58,249 nucleotides of DNA. Source: Myxococcota bacterium. GTDB lineage: Bacteria > Myxococcota_A > UBA796. Position numbers and translations under genes: made by a program. The notes under the pieces were generated by a model. The model was not told the origin of the DNA and searched no databases. It saw nothing but the letters and a program-made list of their open reading frames with translations. The stretch is taken from positions 1 through 58,249 of the forward strand of contig JAYZVA010000029.1 in NCBI GenBank assembly GCA_036156175.1, in the 5' to 3' direction. Below, in pieces: positions 11,041-19,320 of the stretch; positions within the stretch are counted from its first letter, which is position 1, and each line of letters opens with the position of its first letter.

Positions 11041-12515
11041 TTCGTTTTCTCCGCCCCGCCAATTGATACCACGTCTTCAAGGGCAGACTGAACCGCGGTT
11101 CGCACTTCAACCGCATCCATTCGCCCCGCGAACTCTCGCATAATGAGCCCAATGAAAAACCCAAGCAGCTGCCGTTGCCCGTCTCGGTAGCGAATCACTT
11201 CGGCGGGATGGGCGGCAATGGCCGCATCGACTGCGGCGCGCAGCGCGCCCGCGTCTTGCAGGGTTTCGAGCCCACGTTGCTTCACCAGGGCCTCCGGGTC
11301 GCCGCCCGATGCGCATGCCTCATCGACCAACTCCCGGCCCACCGCCCGCGTGATCCGACCCGAATCGACCATCGCAATGATCGCGGCCAAGGCCGAGGGA
11401 GTCAGCAAGAGCGATTGCGTCGCATGCTCGTTGAACCAACGAGCCACCGGGCCCCGTATCCACTTCACCGCATCGGATGGCGGCGCACCGCGTTCCACGG
11501 TGGCCTCAAACAAGCGCCGCAGGTCGCCGTTGGCCAACAGCGCCATTGCATCGGCCGCACCCAGACCGTGCGCCCGTTGGAATGCATCGCGGCGCGCGGC
11601 ATCGTTGTCCAACAACCACCGATCCAGGGGGCGGCCATTCAAGGCCGACTCCGCAGCCGCGCGATCGGCCTCCACGACGTGAATGGGGCCCATGTCCGGC
11701 TCGGAAAAATAGCGGTAATCCGCCGCCTCCTCTTTGGTGCGCAAGGGCACCGATTCGTGACCGGTCCAACTTCGGGTGGACTGAACCACAGGCCGGCCGG
11801 ACTCCAACAAGGCGACTTGGCGCTTCACTTCGTGGCGAATCGCCTTCGCCACGAACTTAAAGCTGTTGATGTTCTTGAGCTCAACGCGGGTACCCAACCG
11901 CGAGGGGTCGGCGGATACCGACACGTTGGCGTCCGCCCGAAAATGCCCTTTTTCCATGTCCCCCTGGGTGACCCCCGCGGCCACCATGACCCGGTGGAGC
12001 ATCCGCAAAAACGACTCGGCATCGTCGGCGCTGTGAAGGTCGGGGCGGCCCACAATCTCGATCAACGGCGTGCCGCCGCGATTCCAGTCGATCAGGGAGC
12101 GCTGCCCGTCGTGAGCGAGCTTTCCCGCGTCTTCTTCAATGTGAATTCGTTCGATCCCAAACCGCTTTCGCCCGCCGTCCGCCTCGATGTGCAGCGCGCC
12201 GTCGGTGCAGATGGGCCGATCGAACTGGCTGATTTGATAGCCCTTTGGATTGTCCGGGTAAAAGTAATGCTTTCGCGCAAACCGGCTTCGTTCGTGAACG
12301 GTGCATCCCACGGCGTAGCCGGCCCGCACGGCGAGCCGAACCGCCTCGTCGTTGAGCACCGGCAGGGTCCCTGGAAACCCCAGGCACACACCACAGACCG
12401 CGGTGTTGGGCGGTGCAACCACTCCCGCGGGGCAGGCGCAGAACAGTTTGGTCCGCGTGTTCAGTTGACAGTGGACTTCCAGTCCGATGGTGGGGACAAA
12501 GGTGGGCACGGCCAA
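11037..12515 (-). CDS. gatB: Asp/Glu-tRNA amidotransferase subunit B
   Basis: 'IGLEVHCQLNTRTKLFC', 'RKHYFYPDNPKGYQISQ', 'HIEEDAGK', 'KEEAADYRYF'; start TTG 12515 or GTG 12509. Confidence 0.96.
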   Translation of the reverse strand: MAVPTFVPTIGLEVHCQLNTRTKLFCACPAGVVAPPNTAVCGVCLGFPGTLPVLNDEAVRLAVRAGYAVGCTVHERSRFARKHYFYPDNPKGYQISQFDRPICTDGALHIEADGGRKRFGIERIHIEEDAGKLAHDGQRSLIDWNRGGTPLIEIVGRPDLHSADDAESFLRMLHRVMVAAGVTQGDMEKGHFRADANVSVSADPSRLGTRVELKNINSFKFVAKAIRHEVKRQVALLESGRPVVQSTRSWTGHESVPLRTKEEAADYRYFSEPDMGPIHVVEADRAAAESALNGRPLDRWLLDNDAARRDAFQRAHGLGAADAMALLANGDLRRLFEATVERGAPPSDAVKWIRGPVARWFNEHATQSLLLTPSALAAIIAMVDSGRITRAVGRELVDEACASGGDPEALVKQRGLETLQDAGALRAAVDAAIAAHPAEVIRYRDGQRQLLGFFIGLIMREFAGRMDAVEVRTAVQSALEDVVSIGGAEKTN

Positions 12516-12584
12516 GTCTCGGGATGATTCGTTGGCGTAACACACGCTCGGACTGGATATAGAGGCGCCCAGGAGGAGTCATTC

Positions 12585-13856
12585 ATGGCCAAAGTTTTTC
12601 TGCCCAAGGGCACCCGCGATTTGATGCCGGAGCAGATGAACCGTCGATTGATGGTCATCAACACGGTGCGGGAGGTCTTTGCCCGCTACGGGTTTGATCC
12701 GCTGGAGACCCCCGCGTTCGAGCGCATTGAAACGCTGACGGGGAAGTACGGCGACGAAGGCGAGAAGCTGATGTTCCGCATCCTGAAGCGCGGAGCGGGC
12801 GGAACCAATGGCGAGGTCGACCTCGCGCTCCGATACGACCTGACCGTTCCGCTGGCACGGGTGATGGCCATGAATCCGGGAACACCCCTCCCCTTCAAGC
12901 GGTCTCAGATTCAGCCCGTTTGGCGGGCCGATCGCCCCCAGCGGGGCCGATTCCGCGAGTTTTACCAATGCGATGTCGACACCGTGGGAACGGACTCGCC
13001 GGTTGCAGACGCCGAGTGCATCGCGGTCGTTCACGACGCCCTCACTGCGCTCGGATTCACCGACTTCGTCATTCGCGTGAATCACCGTCAAGTGCTGCGT
13101 GCACTCGCGGTTGCGATCGGGGCGGAGGACCGCGAGACGAGCATGCTGCAGGGCATCGACAAGATCGACAAGATCGGGCGAGCCGGGGTGGAGAACGAGC
13201 TGGTCGAGCGCGGATTCACGGTCGACCAAGTCCACCGACTCTGGGGCTACCTCGACGGCGAAGAAATTCCGGGGGCGGCGCCGTACGAGGCCGATCTCAA
13301 CACCATCGTTGGCTTGGCGACGAGCATGGGTGTCGATCCGGCCAAGGTTCGCATCGAGCGCACCTTGGCGCGCGGACTCGACTACTACACCGGCCCGGTG
13401 TTCGAGACCGTGCTCGCCGGAGACTACTCCGGGTCCATCTCGGGGGGCGGACGCTACGACGGCCTGATTGGCATGTTCTCGGGCAAAGGGGACGTCCCCG
13501 CAGTCGGCGTGTCTTTGGGCATCGAGCGGATCTTCATGTTGATGGAAGAGATGGGCTTGGTGGCCGCAGCCCGGACCGCCACCCAAGTCTGGGCCACCGT
13601 GTTCTCGGACGACACCCGAAGCGCAACGCTCGCGGCAGCGACCGCGTTGCGGCGCGCAGGCGTGCGGGTTCAGGTGTCCACTCGGGTCGGCAAGCTCGGG
13701 AAGCAGTTCAAGGATGCCGCCTCCAAGGGGGTGCCGTTTGCGCTGGTGTGCGGACCCGATGAAGCCGCTGCAGGAACCGCCGTGTTGAAGAACCTCGAAA
13801 CCGGGGAACAACACTCGGGGACCCCCGAGGAGTTGGTGCAGCATCTGCGCGGCTGA
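12585..13856 (+). CDS. hisS: Histidine--tRNA ligase
   Basis: 'PKGTRD', 'LRYDLTVPLAR', 'WRADRPQRGRFREFYQCDVD', 'LARGLDYYTG', 'GGGRYD'; AGGAGG RBS. Confidence 0.97.
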   Translation: MAKVFLPKGTRDLMPEQMNRRLMVINTVREVFARYGFDPLETPAFERIETLTGKYGDEGEKLMFRILKRGAGGTNGEVDLALRYDLTVPLARVMAMNPGTPLPFKRSQIQPVWRADRPQRGRFREFYQCDVDTVGTDSPVADAECIAVVHDALTALGFTDFVIRVNHRQVLRALAVAIGAEDRETSMLQGIDKIDKIGRAGVENELVERGFTVDQVHRLWGYLDGEEIPGAAPYEADLNTIVGLATSMGVDPAKVRIERTLARGLDYYTGPVFETVLAGDYSGSISGGGRYDGLIGMFSGKGDVPAVGVSLGIERIFMLMEEMGLVAAARTATQVWATVFSDDTRSATLAAATALRRAGVRVQVSTRVGKLGKQFKDAASKGVPFALVCGPDEAAAGTAVLKNLETGEQHSGTPEELVQHLRG

Positions 13857-14330
13857 CTAAAAAAACAGCCTTCCGCCGATCCCGCCATCAAAACCTCCGT
13901 GGGAAATGGGGGCCACCACCCACACGGGAGCCATCTCGAAGTACACCTCGAGGGGAATGCTGTCGGGCTCGACGCTCACGCTGAGCGGAAACCGCAAGCC
14001 GAAGCTTCCCCGTTCCTCCGCAGCCAGCGTACCGCTGCCGAAGAACCGTCCGCGAAATCCCAAGCCAATGCTCACTGGGTACCGCAGGCCAACCGTGTCA
14101 TCGGAGGTGATTTCGGTGACCGTGTACAGGTAGTCTGCGCTCATGTGCATTCGCTTCTGCCCAAAGCTCCAGCCCTGGATCAGTTGCACGGTCTGCACGG
14201 CGTCGATTCGGTAGGCCACATTGGCCGAGACGGGCTCGCCGAGGGAGACCCCGACGCCAAGTCCCGTGGGGCGCCCGTGGGCGTCCAGTCCGCCAAGCAA
14301 GGCGCCGGCCATCCACAACAGCACCGTCAT
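13857..14330 (-). CDS. Small outer-membrane beta-barrel protein (DUF3996-like)
   Basis: Signal peptide, 'GLGVGVSLGEP', amphipathic strands, 'EVYFEMAP', terminal 'GGRLFF'; ATGA overlap with upstream gene. Confidence 0.7.
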   Translation of the reverse strand: MTVLLWMAGALLGGLDAHGRPTGLGVGVSLGEPVSANVAYRIDAVQTVQLIQGWSFGQKRMHMSADYLYTVTEITSDDTVGLRYPVSIGLGFRGRFFGSGTLAAEERGSFGLRFPLSVSVEPDSIPLEVYFEMAPVWVVAPISHGGFDGGIGGRLFF

Positions 14331-14944
14331 TTCCGCTCTCCCACCCACTTGCGCAGCGAGGGCGAACCGTACAGGACAGCAATTCGACGAAGCACCGACT
14401 GAACGCGTTCGTGCTGGGTGAACCCTATCCAATCCGGATCGGCGATCACCATCTCCAAGTCGAATCCGTGGCGAATCGCCAACATGAGGTGCTCCTCGAA
14501 GGCGATCGGGTCGCCCGCGAGCCCCGCCAAGTGGGCCATCCGGAAGTGGCCGGCCCAGTGGTCCGGCGTCAAGTGAACCACGGCGTTGAAGTCGGCTTCT
14601 GCCAAGTCAATTCGTCCGGCTTTCAGATGAATTTCCCCGCGATCGTAGTGGGCCATCGCGAGCGATGGATCCCGGCGAATCGCCGCGTCGTACTGGAGCA
14701 CCGCCGCGTCGAACTCCCCCAATCGATAGTGGGCATACCCCGCCTCATAGGCGACCGGCGCCAACCGAGCGACGCCCCGTTGAATGCGACCCGCCAGCTT
14801 GATGGCGTCGCGGTAGCGACCCACGCGGTTCAAGCTTGCAACCTGCTGCGCGAGATCCTCGCCCAGTTCCGTGCGGTAATCCACCAACTCTGGCGCCGCA
14901 GAAGCGGCGCCGCAGAGCATCAACGCGAGCGGGAACATCAGCAC
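14327..14944 (-). CDS. Exported TPR-repeat protein
   Basis: Signal peptide 'MFPLALMLCGAASA'; about three TPR motifs (YEAGYAHYRLGEFDAA, YDRGEIHLKAGRIDLA). Confidence 0.8.
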   Translation of the reverse strand: MLMFPLALMLCGAASAAPELVDYRTELGEDLAQQVASLNRVGRYRDAIKLAGRIQRGVARLAPVAYEAGYAHYRLGEFDAAVLQYDAAIRRDPSLAMAHYDRGEIHLKAGRIDLAEADFNAVVHLTPDHWAGHFRMAHLAGLAGDPIAFEEHLMLAIRHGFDLEMVIADPDWIGFTQHERVQSVLRRIAVLYGSPSLRKWVGERK

Positions 14945-14953
14945 GCGGCGAGT

Positions 14954-17686
14954 TTATCGTTGCCGGCGCCGTCCCGCTGCAATCAACCCCGTCAACAACA
15001 GGCCAAACCAGGCGGAGCGTCCCATTGACGGGCTCGCGGAACAGGTGCAGCCCTTGGCGCTGCCCTCCAAGACGACGGGGCCATCCGCACCCACGGCGCT
15101 TCCTCCGGGGGAATCCGTGCCGGGGTCGTCCTCACCGGTCTCCGGCGGCGCATCACTCACGGCGTACACGCAGACATCATCGATGTTCCATCCGCCCATG
15201 GTGAGCCCCTGGTCGGTCACGATCTCCCAGCCAATCTCAACGGTCGCGCCGGCCTCGGCGGAGAACGGCACGCTGTGCAGCATCCACTGGGAATCCTGAT
15301 GATGCTCGTCGCCGATGGAGCGCATCGTGGCGTGATTGGTCCATTCGACGACGTCGTTGACCACAATGTTGGCCTGGTCGTAGTAGCCGTCTTCGACGTG
15401 CAACCATCGGCGATAGGTCAGCACATACTCGGTGGCATCGCCCAGCTCGATCGGAGCCGAAGTCAGGCGGTTGTGCTTGGAGTTCTGGTACTCGCCGTTG
15501 TAATTTCCCCCCCCGAGGTCGTTGCCCCACACCTTGTCGCCCGAGGCCGCGAAGTTGGGATCGCCCCCCAGTCCCAAGGGCGTGCCCCACATCCAGTCAT
15601 CGGCTCCCTCGTCGTTTTGGCCCGCGAGCAAGGCGTGGGTGTAGCCGCCGTCCGTTGCCTCAAAGTCTTCGCAGTAGATTTCTTCCAAGAACCCCACATA
15701 GACGGTGAAGGGGTTGATGGCGCCGCCGCTCGGCGCCGTGGTGCTTCCGGCCTCGTCCACGTTGAGGGTCATGTAGTACTCGATCACCGTGCCCTCTGGC
15801 TGCGGCGGGATGACGCCGTCGAGCGCCTCCAGCGAGCCCTCCAGAGCCGTCGTGTCCCATGTCTCACCGCCATCGGTGCTGTAGTGAAGGGTGGCGCTGT
15901 CCAGTTCGGCGTCGACGCACTCGGGCGACAAGTTGAGTCCCTCGGCATCGATCGCGATGTCCATCAGCGGGGGAACAACGTCGATGGGGTCGTGAACCAA
16001 CTGAACGACGGACCCCGACCCGCCGGCCGGGCCGAGACCGTGCCGGCTGAACGCGTCGATGATGGCGCAGCTGTTTGGCGTGCCGTCGCTGAGGTCGCCG
16101 TTGTCGTCATCGGCGACCAACATTTCTTCAAAGCTCTGCGGAATGGTCGGACCGGCTTTGGTGGCTTCGACCAACAGTGTGCTGACCGCATCGTAGCCGG
16201 CCTCCGCACCAAGGTCGTCCTCGAGGACGCCCCAGAGGTCCCAGATCGCACCGCCGAAGATGAGGCCATCCTCGTGGACCTGATTCACCCAATCGTCCGG
16301 GTACACCCGGTCCGACGACAGCTCTCGAATGCCGCCGCCCGACGTGAAGAAGTAGGGCGAAATCACGTAGTCACCGGTGTTCAGCACCGCGACGGAGTCG
16401 CCAATCCCTTCGGAAATTGCGCCGTCGAATTCGCCGCTCACCAGGTTGTAGTAATGGAACCCATGGCCCCACTCGTGGTAGCTCACATCCGCGATTCGGC
16501 CGGTGTTGTTGCACCCACCGCCCGCTTGGTAGAAGTTCAGCGTGCCATCGAAGTAGGCATTGCAGGTCTCCGACAAGTTGACGTACACCTCCAAACGGCT
16601 GTCCGACAACGACAATCCAGGGGCATACCGCAGCGCCCAGTCGCGAATCTGTCCTTGGAAGATCCAGGTGTCCAGCTCGGCCTGAGTCGCATCGTCATCG
16701 GTGAAGGTGAGATCGCCCGAAAGCATCTCGAACTCGGCGTCGGCCCCCCCTTCATTGCGAACCCGAAGGTAGCTGCCCACCATGTCGCCTTCCGGAACCG
16801 CATCGGTGTCCAGGGTCCAGGCTCCGTCCTCATCGGTGTAGGTGGCGGCTCCGTCGGTTTGAACCCGCAAGCCCCTCAACGGACTCACGGCCATCTCGCC
16901 GTTCACCGTGCGAAGGTCGTGCTCGGCGTGCGCCGTACCGGTGAGGAACCGCACCTCGTTGTACACGTGCAGCAGCACGCCCGAGTGGGCGTCGACAAAA
17001 CTCACCCAGTGGCCCTTGGGGGTCTTCGTCTTCGACCGGACTTCCCACACCAAAGTGGGCGTCAGGCGCGCGCCTTCATCGATGGGGAGAACCATCAACT
17101 TCGTCTTGATGTCGGTGTGCTCGGCGCCATTGCTGGCCGGTCCGGCCGCGATCGCCTCCGCCTGGGCCCGCTCGGCTGGAATGGAGGGGTCGGGTGACAT
17201 GTTCTCAACCCCGGCATGCGTATCCACACCAAATCCGATCAACCGGCCGTGCTTGATTCGCACGCGCACCCCGCCGCGCCACACCCGGACATCCGTTCCG
17301 GGAATGACTTGATCAAAGTGAACCAACCAGGCGTCTTGGGTTTCGACGTAGCCCGACCGCCCCAACACCAACGAATCGAGCGGGACGCCGAGCGCCTCGG
17401 GGTTGGCCGCAAACACCGCGCGAACTTCGCGCTCCACCGCGCCGATGTTGGGCAATGCGCCCAATTGGACCGGCGGACCCCAAGCCCACTGAGGCGTTCC
17501 CGTTCGTTCATCAAACCGAGCGAGCCAGCCGGTCTCCGCCCATGGACGCCAGGCTTTGCCGTGCCTCAGGTCGGCTTGGCGTTCTTGGTGAAACCGGTGG
17601 ATGCGAGCGGGCTCTGAGCCAATATGGATGGATGGGTCCGGTCGAAATGCGCTCGCTGTTAGAATGATGCTCCAAATGCCAATCAC
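14954..17686 (-). CDS. Secreted M4/M36-type Zn metalloprotease with MYXO-CTERM-type anchor
   Basis: Propeptide 'WEV...W...VDAHSG', 'CNAYFDG', HEWGH, 'ISEGIGD', 'VHEDG.I.GG..WD'; C-terminus 'KGCTCS...W..LLL..L..RRRQR'; start moved to GTG 17686 behind GGAGGA. Confidence 0.88.
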   Translation of the reverse strand: MIGIWSIILTASAFRPDPSIHIGSEPARIHRFHQERQADLRHGKAWRPWAETGWLARFDERTGTPQWAWGPPVQLGALPNIGAVEREVRAVFAANPEALGVPLDSLVLGRSGYVETQDAWLVHFDQVIPGTDVRVWRGGVRVRIKHGRLIGFGVDTHAGVENMSPDPSIPAERAQAEAIAAGPASNGAEHTDIKTKLMVLPIDEGARLTPTLVWEVRSKTKTPKGHWVSFVDAHSGVLLHVYNEVRFLTGTAHAEHDLRTVNGEMAVSPLRGLRVQTDGAATYTDEDGAWTLDTDAVPEGDMVGSYLRVRNEGGADAEFEMLSGDLTFTDDDATQAELDTWIFQGQIRDWALRYAPGLSLSDSRLEVYVNLSETCNAYFDGTLNFYQAGGGCNNTGRIADVSYHEWGHGFHYYNLVSGEFDGAISEGIGDSVAVLNTGDYVISPYFFTSGGGIRELSSDRVYPDDWVNQVHEDGLIFGGAIWDLWGVLEDDLGAEAGYDAVSTLLVEATKAGPTIPQSFEEMLVADDDNGDLSDGTPNSCAIIDAFSRHGLGPAGGSGSVVQLVHDPIDVVPPLMDIAIDAEGLNLSPECVDAELDSATLHYSTDGGETWDTTALEGSLEALDGVIPPQPEGTVIEYYMTLNVDEAGSTTAPSGGAINPFTVYVGFLEEIYCEDFEATDGGYTHALLAGQNDEGADDWMWGTPLGLGGDPNFAASGDKVWGNDLGGGNYNGEYQNSKHNRLTSAPIELGDATEYVLTYRRWLHVEDGYYDQANIVVNDVVEWTNHATMRSIGDEHHQDSQWMLHSVPFSAEAGATVEIGWEIVTDQGLTMGGWNIDDVCVYAVSDAPPETGEDDPGTDSPGGSAVGADGPVVLEGSAKGCTCSASPSMGRSAWFGLLLTGLIAAGRRRQR

Positions 17687-17768
17687 GAAATCCTCCCGGA
17701 ACGCATCGCGCGCGGAACGCGCGCGACCCTGCAGTCTCCATGGTGGGTTGACTACACTTCCAATGTAA

Positions 17769-19316
17769 ATGAGAACTGTCGCCCACAACACGTTCTTGAC
17801 ACTCGCGCTCCTGGTGGGGCTGCCGATGGCGGTGGGGTGCGAAGCCGACCCTCCCCCAATTTCAGCAGTTAGTACCTCCGATCTACCGGAGCTTCCGGAC
17901 GCCACGACCGCCCGCGATGCGCCCCGGGGTCCCGAACGCGATCGCCGCGACCTCACCCTCGCGTTGGTGGGCGAAGTCCGGGGGGAGCTCGAACCGTGCG
18001 GGTGCCCCACGCTGCCGTACGGAGGGTTTGAGCGACGCCACACGCAGCTTGACCGGTTGCGAAACGACGGTCCGGGCCCCGTCTTTCACATCGACCTGGG
18101 CGACACCCTGGTCAAGGGCATCGCAACATCCCGGGGCGACGACATCCAAGCTCGGGCAGAGGAAATGCTGCGGATGAGCCGAATGGTGGGGGTCGACCTC
18201 TGGATTCCCGGAGCCAGCGACTTGGTCGCACTGTCCGGCAAGGCCATTGCCGACATCGACTCGCCCGCGGTGGCCAGTGCCACATGGGTCGATGCGGCGA
18301 GCGGCGAGTTGTTGTTGCCCCCGTTTGCGGTTCTGAAGCGCGGCGGGGTGCGCGTGGGGGTGGTGGGCTTGAGCGCCCGCCCCCAGGGAACCGATGCCGT
18401 TGACTACCGACCGGTCGTCGACGCCGTCGAGCAAACCCTGCCGCTCCTGCCGCAAGACCTCGACTGGGTCATCGCGGCCGGAAACGTCGCCGATGCCGAG
18501 GCCGAAGCCGTCGCGGCAATCGAAGGGGTGAGCGCCGTGTTTTCAACCCGCGGCGAGTCCTACACCGATCCGCCCCAAGGCCGCTCGGAGGGGGTGGTGA
18601 TTGAAACCCCGGACCGCGGCCGGTACCTGCAGGTGGTTCACGCGAGACTGGGGACCGATGCGGGTCGGCCGCTCTTGCTGCATCCCGATCCACCCGAGTG
18701 GCGCGCCCGGCTGGCGGGCGTCCGCCGCGGCGAAACCGACGCCTTCGTCGCACGGGGAACGGGGCGAAACTTGGGCCTGGTCAACACGATTCCACTCAGC
18801 GGAGACCTCGACCGCGAGGGAGCGGTGTCCACCCGCCTCGGAACCTACCGCAACGAGCAGCGCATCCGGGCCGCAAAAACCGCCGCCACAGAACCCGACA
18901 CTGGGCCGCGCTACGCGTCGTCGGGTTCGTGCGTAAACTGCCACTCCGACGAGTTTGCCCGGTGGACCCTCACGAGCCACGCAAAGGCATGGCGGTCTTT
19001 GGTGGAGCGCCGCGAGACCGACAATCCCGAGTGCATCGAGTGCCACACCACCGGCTACGGCGAACCGGGCGGGTTTGGCGAGCTGTCGACCACCAACATC
19101 CGCAAGTACAAGGGCGTCCAATGCGAAGGCTGCCACGGGCCACTGGGCGGCCACCCCAACGCGGCCCATGTGAAGTCAACGCCCATCACCGAGGCATCCT
19201 GCACCGGCTGCCACGACGAAGCCAACAGCCCCGACTTCGACTACGCCAAGTACATGGCCCAGGCGTCGTGCCAAGGGGGCGCACCCGAGTTGATACCGCG
19301 ACCGCCCGACCCGTAG
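17769..19316 (+). CDS. Lipoprotein: UshA/5'-nucleotidase-like domain (CGC motif) fused to tetraheme cytochrome c
   Basis: Lipobox 'MAVGC'; 'GELEPCGC...GGFERR', 'IDLGD'; four CxxCH (CVNCH, CIECH, CEGCH, CTGCH). Confidence 0.85.
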   Translation: MRTVAHNTFLTLALLVGLPMAVGCEADPPPISAVSTSDLPELPDATTARDAPRGPERDRRDLTLALVGEVRGELEPCGCPTLPYGGFERRHTQLDRLRNDGPGPVFHIDLGDTLVKGIATSRGDDIQARAEEMLRMSRMVGVDLWIPGASDLVALSGKAIADIDSPAVASATWVDAASGELLLPPFAVLKRGGVRVGVVGLSARPQGTDAVDYRPVVDAVEQTLPLLPQDLDWVIAAGNVADAEAEAVAAIEGVSAVFSTRGESYTDPPQGRSEGVVIETPDRGRYLQVVHARLGTDAGRPLLLHPDPPEWRARLAGVRRGETDAFVARGTGRNLGLVNTIPLSGDLDREGAVSTRLGTYRNEQRIRAAKTAATEPDTGPRYASSGSCVNCHSDEFARWTLTSHAKAWRSLVERRETDNPECIECHTTGYGEPGGFGELSTTNIRKYKGVQCEGCHGPLGGHPNAAHVKSTPITEASCTGCHDEANSPDFDYAKYMAQASCQGGAPELIPRPPDP

Positions 19317-19320
19317 CGCG

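Noticed and set aside
15275-17197. 640-aa plus-strand ORF opposite the protease (similarly 6858-8600, 28301-30232, 31236-32852)
   Set aside because: Antisense shadows typical of GC-rich DNA; the opposite strand carries clear family motifs.
17995-18010. Possible selenocysteine in the CGC motif
   Set aside because: Both codons are TGC; there is no in-frame TGA.
17687-18043. Long N-terminal extensions in the ORF track (protease; also suhB, lysC, pnp, rpsO, GH13s, SolA-like, MOSC)
   Set aside because: Extensions overlap neighbouring genes or leaders; downstream starts have an RBS or coupling and match family N-termini.
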